Shown here piece after piece: positions 36,763 through 49,700 of a stretch of 64,000 nt of DNA. The first letter of the stretch is position 1. Each line of letters begins with the position of its first letter. The stretch is from Anthoceros angustus (Eukaryota > Plantae > Anthocerotophyta). A program made the translations under genes and the position numbers. The stretch lies in the NCBI GenBank assembly GCA_010909165.1, contig MU008172.1, forward strand, positions 930,001 to 994,000, written 5' to 3'. The notes under the pieces are model-generated. The model worked only from the letters and a program-made list of their open reading frames with translations, was not told the DNA's origin and searched no databases.

Positions 36763-38043
36763 TAATTAGTAAAAAAACTCGAGCTTACATTGTCTGCGTA
36801 CTGCACAAAAGATAAGAAGATAAACACATACTTATTTAGATAATTGTATTTATAAAAATAATGAATAATACCTCATACTTACATATTCTCGTTCTGCTCT
36901 AGTTCCCTGAAATAGAGAGAAGAAGATAAAAGACGTACTTATTTGATAAGCGTGTTCATAAAAATAATAAATAATACTTAGATGACAATATTGCCTTAGT
37001 AGTACGTGAATTAATTCATGGAAAAAAAAGAATGAATGCAAGAAAGCGTGATAAATAGGTGCACCGGATATTGGGCGAAAATGTGGCCCGATAATTTGGG
37101 GCCATGCATTCACCCTCTACGCCCGACACACACGGAATCTGATTCGTCCAGGCACAGGAGTCACAGATTGCACAAAACCTGAATGTCCCTGATCACAGGA
37201 CATGTGGCATAGCACGGTGGCCACCTTGCTTTTTTTTTTCTGTTGTTAATCAAAGTCGTGGACCTGTGAAGGGGCCTGCTGCTCTCCCTGGTGCCATCCT
37301 TGGTGGCCAAGCTTGGGTTGACGCGCGCCTTCTCTTGGGTCTCCAATTTCTACATTGTGGCAGTCCCTGATAGGCGAGTGGCACCCACACGAAGTTGGGC
37401 ACACCTGGCGAGGGTGGGAGACAAGGAGCACTGTTATGCATTTTCCCGCTCCTGGGCATGCGCGGCTTTGAACACCTTGTGTTGGTCATTCAGGGGAGGC
37501 ACGCAGCTGACTATTCCAAAACCGCTCTTGGTCGGTGAAAAAAGCATGGATTTAGAGGGATTTGGGAATGTTTTAGCTCATCGCTTCCAATTTCTCTTCC
37601 GCCACCGACATGTGTCCTAAACAGCTGGGTTCTATCAATCTGTTCGGGGCGAGGTTTCCAGGAACTTGAAAGGGGAATCAGGTGCACAGGTGACTACTTC
37701 GTGGTGCCTGCTGCAGTGTGCTGATATGTATTTCGTCTTTGCGTTGGATTCTTCAGGGCTCACTATTTTGCAGGCTCAAATACCGTCAGGTTGTGGCTGT
37801 CACGGAACCCCCAAACAGCCTGTTCGGGATTGCTCTGTCCATCGGAAGGACGCCCTCTGCCTTGCCTGTTGTACCAGCGACAGTCTCGGCAGGCTTGGCA
37901 CGCTCCAATTCTCTACTCCTCTCTTAGGGCATTCTTGTTGTGCCGAGAAACGGCAGCATGGTGGTGGGGAAATGTTACTGGAAGTATTACCTTATGTGTG
38001 GACAAGCAATGCCTAGCCTGCAGTCCCTTGGTATTCTATTAAG

Positions 38044-41000
38044 ATGAAGTCCAGCTTAGGAGCTTCTGGGCTTGTTCCAATCCAGGGTTGGAATTTCGTC
38101 TCTTTCTGCCCGTGCTATGGCTCCTCCTCTTTCCCTCATGGGAAGAGGCCAGTTCGTGCAAACAGGTCGACGAAAAGTAGTCTTTATGTTTTGGCTCTTG
38201 GAGGAGCCCCCAGTAAACGGATTGCTAAGCAGAGTCACGATGTTTTCAAAGGTGTTACTGGGGCTGTAAATATCATGTTGGATAGTACAAAAGAGGCCTT
38301 CACTGATGAGGACCTCGGCCGAGATGCAGATGACAGGTTCGAACAGCAGGGCAGGGCCTACAATGGCAATCAGACAACTATGTCATTTGACCATCCCAAG
38401 GGCAAACAGCAGTCCTACTTTTTCAGATCCTTTGTTGAAAACATGCTCCCCGCTCAGATGAAGAGTTACACCAGTACCCTGGAGGTAGCTCCGGCAACTC
38501 CTCTTCCTCCCTTCACGGGACGTCTAACTGTAGCTTTTGCAGCAATTCTGCTCATAGGTGTGGCGTTTGAAAAATGGTGGTGGAATGTTAGACAGGATGC
38601 CCAGGGCACCACCTTCAATATTCCTGAAAGAAACAAGGCACCTCTCAGAGTTTTTGCTATGGAGGGCAACACTCGCGCCAAGAGACCAACAGTAGCATCA
38701 ATCCCCTCCGTCGGTACAGTCCTTTTGCAGGGGGACCTTGGGAGGAAGGAAACCGTTGAGTGGGTCAATATGGTTCTTGGGAAGGTGTGGAAGGTTTACA
38801 GGCGATCCTTGGAAGGATGGCTTGTTGGCCTCATTCAACCCCTGATTGATAACTTGAAGAAGCCTGAGTGGGTCAAACGTGTAGAAATCAAACAGTTCTA
38901 CTTGGGTGACGAGCCTCTGTCAGTGAGAAGTGTCGAACGTAGAACGTCCCGAAACGCCAATGACCTACAGTACGTTCATCTTCTTGTTGGACCAGTCTGT
39001 TTTGTCCAGCTGAGGACTGTTCCTGGTGCTTCATAGGTATCTGCCTTCATGTCACTTGAACGGTAATCGGGGTTGCCTTTCATGCTCACCATCCTTATTT
39101 GTGTGACATAGGTACCATATTGGTCTGAGGTATACAGGTGGAGCCCGTCTTCTCCTTTTGGTTTCTCTGAAGTTTGGGGTTATACCGGTCACTGTGCCTG
39201 TTGGGGTCCGAGGGTTGGATTTGGATGGCGAGTTATGGGTGAAACTACGGTTGGTTCCCCAGGAACCGTTCGTAGGGTCAGCAACCTGGGCTTTTGTCTC
39301 CCTACCGAAAATCAAGCTGGCCATGGCACCTTTCCGGCTCCTCAATGTTATGGGTAAGAACTGAAGCTTGAGCCTCCTTCTGGAATAACCTGTATCCCAG
39401 TTTCCACTTTCACTGCATATTCTTGCGGCTTTCATTGTCTATTCCCTAGGTGCTAAGTATTTTGGGGCCTTCTATGATGCTCAATAAACATATCTGTTTG
39501 CATGCTTCTTTGATAAGCCTGTTGCTGCTGAACGTCCTCCCCAATCTTGCCTAGTGTGTGCCTTGTGCTAAGAGATTTTGCAGTTGGTGATCTGTTACCC
39601 CTTTCAATGTTTGTGCTCTGACAATTGTTTTATGGCATCCTGGGAAGCTCAGCCATCCCACTTCTATCCATGTAAGATATTCTCTGCCCGAAATCTGTCC
39701 TTACGTGCACTAGTTTTGTGTTTGCAGGTCCACAATTTCCGCCTTTGTACTGATTTGTATGTTTTGTTAACAGATTCTTAGAAAAGCTCCTTACTCAAGA
39801 TCTCCCTCAACTGTTTGTGAGGCCAAAGAAAAATGTGATTGATTTCATGCAAGGAAGGGCTGTTGGTCCCTTGCCGAAGGACACGAAGGAAAGAGATGTT
39901 TTGCAAGGGAACCAGGATTTCGCAGGAGAGCTCTCAGTCACTCTAATCAATGCAAGAAAGCTCACCTATTTTCCGATTGGTATGTTTTGAGGTTTAAAGA
40001 TCTGGCAGATCTTTGCATTTCCTTATGTACACTTACTCGAGGGGTCAATTGATGAGGAATGCATGTGTGTCATTGATCAGGGAAGACAGATCCTTACGTT
40101 GTCCTCATCCTAGGCGAGCAAGTGATACGAAGCAAGAAAAACAGTGAAACCTCTGTCTTTGCTCCCCCGGGTGATCCAATTTGGAATCAGGTAAGACCAT
40201 AATGTTGACGTTTGTGGCAACTACGCTGCCTGTCTTATATCAAGCAGTGATTTTGTTTTTCTTTGCGTTTGTGCTGCAGTCTAATCCGTGTCTGGTTTCA
40301 ATGTACAGGACTTCCAGTTTGTTGTTGTTGATCCTAAGGCCCAGCACTTGGCTGTGCGTGTAAGGGACACATTTGGACTAGGTGTGTTCACCGTAGGTTA
40401 TGGTGAGGTGGAGCCCTTTACCTTCAACCTATGAAGTTTGCTCAGTTTTGAACTTGTCAGTGCTTTCTTGGGTCTAACTCTTGGTGGACTGGAACAACAG
40501 GTAGACCTGCGTACTCTTCAGGATACTGTGCCCACTGACAAAGTTGTGAGTCTGAGAAGCGGATGGGGTACATTTCCTAAACGATCTGGTGGGGAGGTAG
40601 TGATGCGCCTCACTTATAAAGCGTATGTCGAAGATGAAGAAGAGGACGGAACAGGAGACACTCCGTATTTCTCTGGCCACACAAATGGCAAAATGCCAGA
40701 TGTCGTCGAGGAGATTGCTGAACTGGCACGGTTTTGGACAGAAGAAGCCAGGAAAGCTCAAGAGTTGTTTCTACTGGCGAACTTCCCAGGCGGTCCAGAG
40801 AGAGGTGATGAAAAGACTCCAAGATATCCTGGAAGGCTGCCGCCTGTGATACCAAGTGTTGTGGAGAAGGGACGACGGAATCCTGCAAAGGAACGGGAAT
40901 TACTGAAGTTCTTGTACGGGAAGGAATCCAGCATTGAGTTAGGAGATGGTGAGAACAGCAGCAAAGGGGGTTGGGGCGTTCAGCTCCGCAGACTCGTCGA

Positions 41001-41194
41001 AAGTGAGTGCCTTCGAAAATGGATGTCTTGCCTATGTTCTGTTGTTGGCTACAGGATATGGTTAGTTGTGTTCCTACTGACCGTTTCTTCTTGGTTGTGT
41101 TGCAGATCCGGTTCTGGTGTGGTTGGGGTTAACGGCAGGGATTGCTGTCCTGGTAGCTATCAACCTAAATTTCACCAACTTATTTAACCCTTGA
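38044..41194 (+). CDS. NTMC2T5: N-terminal TM, SMP and C2 domain protein (NTMC2T5/tricalbin-like), multi-exon
   Basis: KETVEWVNMVLGKVWKVYR, VEIKQFYLGDEPLSVRSVERRTSR..NDLQY, DGELWVKLRL, WAFVSLPKIK, C2 region GKTDPYV; hydrophobic C-terminus ending NFTNLFNP-stop at 41194. Confidence 0.85.
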
Positions 41195-41532
41195 GAAGAC
41201 TTTACTCCGAGCATTTTAGTAGCCATCGGTGGAGAAGTTATGGTCCCTCTTGGATTGGGTAAGCTCTCATCTACTTGGATGCCTCCTGTACCTGCAAGTT
41301 TTCCTTGGGTACTGAATCCGCTGGGATGGTGATGGTTTGCAGATAAGAGTCATGATCCGAGTTCGAGTCTGTGGCTTAAAATTGCTCATTGTACTGTGGG
41401 GATGATAGATCGTGTGGTATGGGATGAGGAATTGTTATACGTTGTGCCACCCTGTGTCCATCCAACAGGGTTTCGATAAAATGATCTAATCGAAGATTTC
41501 GGGTTAAGGCTGAGCTCATCAAAAACTGCTCG

Positions 41533-44500
41533 CTACCACACAGATGGGGTATTAGCAAGCTCTTCCACAGTTGGAAGCGCTTTGTCAAGCATCAGCTCCC
41601 CTGCTTCACGTCGACTTTCGGACCCAATTCTGATATTCTCTAACATGGCTACTACCTGACGCATGTCGGGACGATTCTCGGCCTTGGTTTCAGTACAAAG
41701 CAGGGCCACCCTGAGGAGGAGGAATAACTTCTCGGTCTGGTGAGAAGAGGAGAGACTTCTCAGCAGTGTGGTGTCGAACACTTTCAAATTTTTACCTGCG
41801 AAGTACCCACGCGTCCACGCTGGAAGGTCGACCCCCGAACCCAAGCTAGAATCAGTGGGCCTCCTCCCGGTCAGCATCTCCATAACAACAACACCGTAAC
41901 TGTAAACGTCACCCCTGGTCGTAGTCTTCAAGGAGACGGCGTACTCTGTGACACGGAAGCGTTGTGGAAGGTCAGGACAATCGGATGTGGGATCAAATTA
42001 CAGGCAAGCACATGCAATGCTACATACATACCCGGTGCCATGTAACCAAAGGAGCCACGGAATTTCGATGCCAGGACAGACGAAACCGAGGTGTTGGACT
42101 CTCCGGTCATATGGCACAGGAGTTTGGCAATTCCAAAGTCTCCTATGTGTCCTACCCTGTCACCGTCAAGGAGGATATTGGCGGGCTTGAGATCACAATG
42201 GACGACGCCATGGTCGTGCAGGTATAACAGGCCTTGTGCCACGTCAAGTGCAATGGACAGTCGGTCTTCCCAGCTCAGAAAGTTACTCGTGTGGTTTCCA
42301 GATTCCGAACCGGTACTGGAGCTTTCCCCTTCCCACTTCTGGCTGCGATGCACAGCCTGTGCCAAAGATCCCCTTTCCATGTACTCTAACACCATGGATC
42401 TCACCTGTCCCGATGCCGAAGTTTGGCTGGCCAGAAGCTTGATAAGATTGCGGTGCCGCAGCTGACCCAGAAGTTTCAGTTCCATTACAAAGCTGCGTTG
42501 CACCTCCTCCTCTTTGTCAGTCAGCAGGGGCCCTGATATTCTCTCTTCGTGTTTCGACTCGTCTCCTTTCATCTTCTTCACAGCTATCTGTCGCCCATCG
42601 GCTAAAGTGCCCTTGTAGACAATGCTGACGGAGCCAGAGCCTATGATCTTTGCATCTGAGAATCCCTCTGTTGCAGCCCATATATCAGACACACTACTGA
42701 GGACAAGCTGCTTGTCGAACAGTAAAATCTCATCCTCGTCTTCCACAGCCTCTCCTCTCGGGGAGTGGCCACAGCGACACCAACAAAACACAACATAACT
42801 ACAGCAAAGAACGAAGCAGCCTGCTCCAGCGCCCACCGAGAGAACAACTATCATCCACGTCCTTAAAGCTGGTCTACTTGCGCACGACCTATGCAAGAAC
42901 TCACCACAGAGTCCAGGATTGTCCAAAAATGAGGAATCTGTCAGATTTAAAAATATCCCCGTTGTAGGAACCGAGCCTGAGAGCCGATTAGAAGACAAGT
43001 TGAGGAAGGTAAGATGCACAAGCTTCGTCAAAGATTCCGGGATTTCACCAGAGAGTTGGTTACTTGACAGGTCCAGTGAGGTTAGAGTTTCAAGGTTGCC
43101 CAGCTCCTGGGGTATGCTCCCATTCAAAGAATTGGCTGAGAAATCTATTACCATCACACTGGTAAGCCATCGGTCAGGCTTTTCACCAAGGCTAGCAGGA
43201 ATTGCCCCATCTAGTTTGTTGTTAGACAGATCTAACGTCTGGAGTTCAGTGCATCCACTCAAGCTCTGGGGAATCCCTCCAGACAGTTGGTTGTACGACA
43301 AATCTATTATCTGGACTAAAATCAGCGATCCAAATTGCGTAGGCAGAGCACCTGACAACCAGTTATGAGAGAGGTTTAAGAGGGTCTGCTTACTAAGTGC
43401 AGCGAGTGGCCAAGGAATACCTCCTGATAGCTGGTTGGAAGAGAGGTCTAGCTCTTGGAGGTTTGAGCAGCTTCCAAGTTGGTTTGGAATGACATCGGTC
43501 AGCTGATTATCTCGCAAGGACAACCTAAAGAGAGTCATATTTAGCAGACCCATCCAGGATGGGATGGCTCCAGTGAACGCATTGCTGCCTAGGTCCAGTT
43601 CACCCAGTTCCCTGCAATTCGAGAGGTCTGGGATGGGCCCCTCCAGTTCATTGTTTGCGAGTCTCAAGCGCTACAACACCAAACAGTAGTTTAGAGAAGT
43701 GGAAAATCCAACAATCACAAAAAATCATAGCAGTCGGTCAATGGAGTGACGAACTGATCACCTGAAGTTGAGTGAGGTTCCCGAAAATGCTGGGAAGATA
43801 CCCAGTGAGGATGTTCCCACTAAGATCAAGAATGCCCAGATTGGTGAGATTGCCAAGTTGGGGTGGCACACCACCTGTCAACCTATTTCCACTGAGGCCC
43901 AGAATTTGCAGACTCCCACTAAGTCCCAAGCTACCTGGAATTTCTCCAGTAAAGCTGTTATCCCCTGCATATATGGATATTATGTTAGGCCACCATTTTC
44001 CGACGTCATTTGGGATTTGCTCCTCCAGCTGGTTCCCGGACAAGTATAGGTATTGCAGCATAGAATTGCCAGACAGATTCGGGAAAGGGCCATAGAAGTT
44101 ACAATCGAACAAGCTGAGCGAGGTAAGGTTCTCTAGCTCTCCCAACCAACTTGGTATGTTCCCCGTCAAACCTGGATTGGAATTAACAGAGAAGTTGGCT
44201 AGACCACGACAGTTTCTGATTGAATCAGGAATGCTGCCAGAAAAATTGTTCTCGTGCAACGACAGTGTTGTTAGCTGGAACAAAGAGTTCCCTAACTCTG
44301 GGGGAATCGACCCTTGCAGCTGGTTCCTTGCAAGGTACAGGCTCTGCAAGCTTGTACAGTTTGACAATGATAGAGGGATGCCTCCGCTCAGACGGTTGCC
44401 ATACAGACCGAGATAATTAAGGTTGGTCAGAGACCCGAGCCCGTATGGAACTCCACCTGTAAGCTGATTACTCGACAAATCCAGCAACTGCAGATTCGGT

Positions 44501-45594
44501 AGAGACCATACCTCTGGTAAGGAGCCTGACAATAAGTTGTTCGATAGGTCCAAATGGTACAAGGCTGTGAGATTGGCTAAGGGAGGATGGATGATTCCAG
44601 TTAGTTGATTCTGGTACAAAGACAAGTACTGCAGTTGAGAGAGATACCCTAGTTCTGCTGGGATAGAGCCAGTCAATTTATTGTCTGAGAGTAGAAGGAA
44701 CTCGAGAGAAGTGCAATTGCCGAGATACGGAGGAATTGCACCAGTGAGCATATTATCTTGCAGCTCCAACCCCACAACGTTGGAACAGTTGCCATTAGAG
44801 AACGGTATATCACCTGAAAGGCGGTTGGAGAACAACGTGAGATACCGAAGGCTGTAAAAAAGCATTCCTATTTCGGGAGGAATACTCCCTGAGAGCTCAT
44901 TGTTGGATAGATATAACTGAGTGAGATTGTGTAGCTGTCCGAGAGAAGCCGGAATCTCGCCAGCAAGCCTGTTGACTGCCAAAGAAACATAGGACAGTTC
45001 CCGGCACCCGGACAAGGATTCCGGAATGGGTCCCGTAAAGCTGTTGAAGGAAAGGTCCAGAAACTGCAGCGCAGGAAGCCAGCCGAGAGACTGTGGCAAG
45101 CCGCCGGTGAGATTATTGATGCTCATATCCAGCGAGGTCAAGGTTGAGAGGTTGCCCACCGCGGATGACAGGGAGCCAGCGAGGTGATGCCCTGAGAGAT
45201 TGAGCTGACCCACACGGGACGACTGGTCGCAAGAAACGCCTGTCCAGCTACAAGCGTGCAGCCCCGTGCTCCCCCAGTTGGCCAGCACTCCATCTGGATC
45301 ATCCGTGATGTTGCCCTTGAGCTGGAGCAGGAATTGGGCGTCCGGCCCTGGTGCTCCCGGGCCGTCCACCAGTAGCCGACGCTCCCGAAGTGATGGACAG
45401 CTAGCGTCACCACCACCAGACTCTTGGGAATGAAAGGAGCAGTTGATGGGCTCTCGTACCGCTACAACCTGGAAGTGGGGAGTGAGCAGCAGACGGGATG
45501 CCACTCCCAGCCCCAGGAGCAGGAGCAAGGGCAACGTGCAGGCGAAGGAGAAGGCGCAGACGGAAGGAGTCATCAGCCCTGCCCCTGCTGCCAT
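41533..45594 (-). CDS. LRR receptor-like kinase with non-RD kinase (LRR-XII-like), 3 exons
   Basis: Signal peptide, LRRNT cap (DDPDGVLANW...CSWTGVSC), more than 20 LxxLxLxxNxLxGxIP repeats, TM, IIGSGSVSIVYKG, HCDLKPANILL, DFGIAK, GSFGYMAP, GDVYSYGVVVMEMLTGRRPT; first ATG at 45594. Confidence 0.9.
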
Positions 45595-46732
45595 ACCGCC
45601 TGGCGCATACAGCAAAGCGCATGTACTGCCCGGGACTCAGCGCCTGCTCACCAATGCTTTATTCCTTGTCCCTTGGCACCCACAGACTCGTGGATTGCCT
45701 GGCCTGGACCCGTCAAAGTCGCCCCCATGGCCGACGCTCGGTCACACTGAGTACGTACGTATGTCCCATGGACATTCTGTACATCTGACTACGTACGTGA
45801 CCCGAACACTCGTGGAGTGGCCCGCTTCCGAACAAGCCAGTGGGTCCAGTATTCAGACAGGCCGGCTTCCGGACAACCCGGAGGACCAGTTGCTAGATAT
45901 CCAGACAGGCCTGCTTGAAGCTTCCTGGATTGCCGCCCCCAGCACGTCGGGAAGGCTCCTCCTCCCGCCGCTCAACTTGGCTTGGATAGGTGCCCCACCG
46001 GCACCTAGGAAGGAAACAGGAAGACTGGTTCGAGACACAAGCGCAAGGGAATGATGTTGCGCGATGTGGGTCGGTCAATGACTTCGGCACAACAGCCAGT
46101 CCCAGTCCCAGTCCCAGTCTGATCTTTGTGCCTCGAACACCCACCGCGACAGTGCTCCTCAGAGGGCTGCACGGGGCTCTAGGAATGCTGCATCACGGAC
46201 GGAACTGCGAGCAAGCTCTATCGTGAAGAGTAATCTCTTTCCGAACGGCCAGCCGGGGACTTGCTAGCCGCCAGATCCAACTTACTTCATAGTAGAGCGC
46301 ACCCAGGAGCCGTTGATGTTGCAGAAGGACCAGCGCCTGGGAGCTTGTCAGTATCCTGATTTGCCTGCAATGCATCCCAGACTTTCAGACAACCAACAGC
46401 GCCAGTAAGAGGACAAGGACCGGACAGATCAGCAGGAAGGTGATGGCAATAAGCGCCCAGAGTACCAGTACTAGTCATCTCCCAATGTTTCAGATACTAT
46501 ACCCAAAGCGTTAGAGAAACAATCGAATTGAACGCACTGGAGTTTTGCAAACCTGAAGTGCTGGCAAACATGACTTCAAATGTCGATCTCACATACGTGC
46601 AATCTACATCAACCACCAAATATCGACACAGCAGACTCAAAAACAACAGAGGCTTGCAATGTTAGTCAAATGCATGCAAACGGGTGTCGTCCTCAGGGCA
46701 CATGCAATACCCAGCTTTTCGGTGTGCCCGCA

Positions 46733-49700
46733 TCAGAAGATTTTCTTAGGATCATCAGTCATGTGGCAGACATCCTTCTTCTTGTGGGAAATTTCGGCCT
46801 GAGCTGTCCTCGACTGCTTCTCATCCTCAACCACAAAGCTATGCACTACCCCAGCACTGTCAGCCCAACAACTCTGACCTCGCTGCTTCCATGCCCGCAT
46901 TCGTTTTCTCCTCAGCTGCGTCTTCTGTGCCTGCTCCCACATCTGGGCACCGGTGAATATGTTTGTCAGCAGCACATACGCTGCACCATCATTCATGTCT
47001 AGCTTCAGCGCTTCATTGAAAGCATGATGTCCCACTTCCACGTTGCTCCACTTTTGACAAGCACCCAATAGGGTATGCCAAATTGCAGCATTAGGTTGTA
47101 CAGGCATTGCCCTTACTAAAGCAAGTGCCTCATCAAGTTGTCCTGCACGACCCATGAGATCCACTATGCAGGCATAGTGGTCCTCTGTTGCCATGATGCC
47201 ATAGTATCTGCTCATAGCCTCAAAGTACGCCTTCCCCTTGTTCAACAGACCCGCATGACTGCACATTGTCAACACACTAAGAGATGTGATGCCGTCAGGC
47301 TCTATGCCATACACCCTCATTCTCCTGACTAAGTCGAAGACTGTATCACTTTCTCCATGACAGGCATAGCCTGCAATCAGTGCATTCCAGACAACAACAT
47401 CTCTGTTGGGCAAAGAATCAAAAACCCGCTGTGCATCAACCATACTTCCAGACCTTCCATACATGTTAATCAAACTGCCAGCTACACACACATCAGCTTG
47501 TAGCCCTTGCTCTAAAATCTGTGCATGCAGCTGCCTTCCTGAAGACAAAGATGCCAATTTTCCACACGAATCCAGGAGGCAAACAAATGTCACAGAATTT
47601 GGAACAGCAACACCGTAATCTTGCATAGCACTGTAAAGCCCAAGAGCTGCCTGTCCCATACCTTGCTGGGAGTATCCTGCTATCATGACAGTCCATGTCA
47701 CCACATCCTTTCGACCAAGTTCATCGAACACAGTCTGCGCGTCTTCCAAGCTGCCACACTTTGCATACATGTTCACCAAGCTGTTGGCCACAGACATATC
47801 ACCTTCATGGCCTCCTGCTATGGTTTGTGCATGAAGCTGCTTCCCCATCTCCAGCGCTGGGGTGCCCAGGCTTGCACAAGCCTGCAGAAGACACACAAAT
47901 GTCACAGAATCAGGTATGGTCATGCCTGCGTCTTGCATATCACTGTAGAGACGAAGAGCTTCTTGTCCCATGCCGTGCTGGGCATATCCTGATATCAGGG
48001 CATTCCACGTCACCACATCTCTTTGACAGAGTCCATCAAAGAGTCGCTGAGCATCTTCCAAGCTGCCACACTTTGCATACATGTTCACCAGACTGTTGGC
48101 CACAAACACATCAGTGTCATGTCCTCCTTCTCTGACTTGCACATGAAGATGCTTCCCCATCTCCAAGGCCAGGGGTCCCACCTTGGCACATGCCTGCAGG
48201 AGGCACACAAATGTCACAGAATTGCATACAGCCAAGCCTTCTTCTTGCATGGCACTGTAGAGACGAATGGCTTCCTGGCCCATGCCCTGCTGAGTGTACC
48301 CTGCTATCATGGCAGTCCACGTCACCACATCTTTGTGAACGAGTCTATCAAACACAGTCTGAGCTTCCTCCAAGCTGCCACACTTTGCATACATGTTCAC
48401 CAAACTGCAGCCCACAAACACATCAGTTCGGCATACACATTCTGTGATATGCACATGAAGCTGCCTCCCCTTCTCCAGCGCTGGGTTGCCCATGCTTGCA
48501 CATGCCTGCAGAAGGTGTACAAATGTCCAGGAATCAGGTACAGCAACTCCTTCGTCTTGCATGGCACTGAAGAGATTAAGGGCTTCCTGTCCCATACCGT
48601 GCTGCGCATAACCTACGATCAAAGAATTCCAAGCCACCACATCCTTCTGACCAAGTCCATCAAACACACTCTGAGCATCGTCCAAGCTGCCACACTTTGC
48701 ATACATGTTCACCAGACTGTTAGCTACAAAAACATCAGTTTCATGTCCTTGTTCTCTTACTTGGGCATGCAACAGCTTCCCCTTCTCCAATGCTGTAGTT
48801 CCCACACTTGCACATGCCTGCAGGAGGCAAACAAATGTCATGGAATTCGGTGCAGTAATGCCCTCTTGTTGCATAACAGTGTAGAGATGAAGGGCTTTCT
48901 GCCCCACGCCCTGACGGGAATATCCGCCTATCATAGCATTCCACGTCACAACATCTTTTGTGGCAAGTCCGTCAAACACTCCTTGAGCGTCCTCCAAGCT
49001 ATCACACTTTGCATACATGTTCACCAGACTGTTGGCTACAAACACATCAGCTTGATGTCCATGTTCTTTAATTTGTGCATGAAGATGCTTCCCCTTCTCC
49101 AAGGCCACCACAGTGCTCAGACTGGCACATGACCGCAGGAGGCACACAAATGTGACGGCATTCGGTACAGCCTTGCCCTCTTGTCGCATGGCACTGTAGA
49201 GACGAAAGGCTTCCTGGCCCATGCCCTGCTGGGAATATCCTGCTATCATGGCATTCCACGTCACCACATCTTTTCGATGCAATCCATCAAAGACTCCCTG
49301 GGCGTCATGCAAGCTGCCACACTTTGCATACATGTTCACCAAGCTGTTGGCTATAAACACATCAGCTTGATGTCCTCGTTCTGTAATCTGGGCATGGAGA
49401 TGCTTCCCCTTCTCCAAGGCCGGGATGCCCACACTTGCACACGCCTGCAGAAGGCATACGAATGTAACAGAGTTGGGTTCAGCCACGCCACCCTCTTGCA
49501 TTGCAGTGTAAAGGCGGAGGGCTTTCTGCCCCATGCCCTGGTGGGCATAGCCTGCAATCAGGGCGTTCCAAGTCACCACATCCTTCTCACCAAGTCCGTC
49601 AAAAACTGTCTGCGCATTTTCCAGACTGCCACACTTTGTGTACATGGTGAGCAAGCAGTTAGAAACAAACAAAGCAGGCTGAGAGCCGCTAGCCAATACG

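Noticed and set aside
37161-37620. Small ORFs upstream of NTMC2T5
   Set aside because: No recognisable motifs; more likely promoter, 5' UTR or intron
41533-45594. Calling the kinase FLS2
   Set aside because: The similar HCDLKPANILL motif is shared across the subfamily; orthology needs a tree
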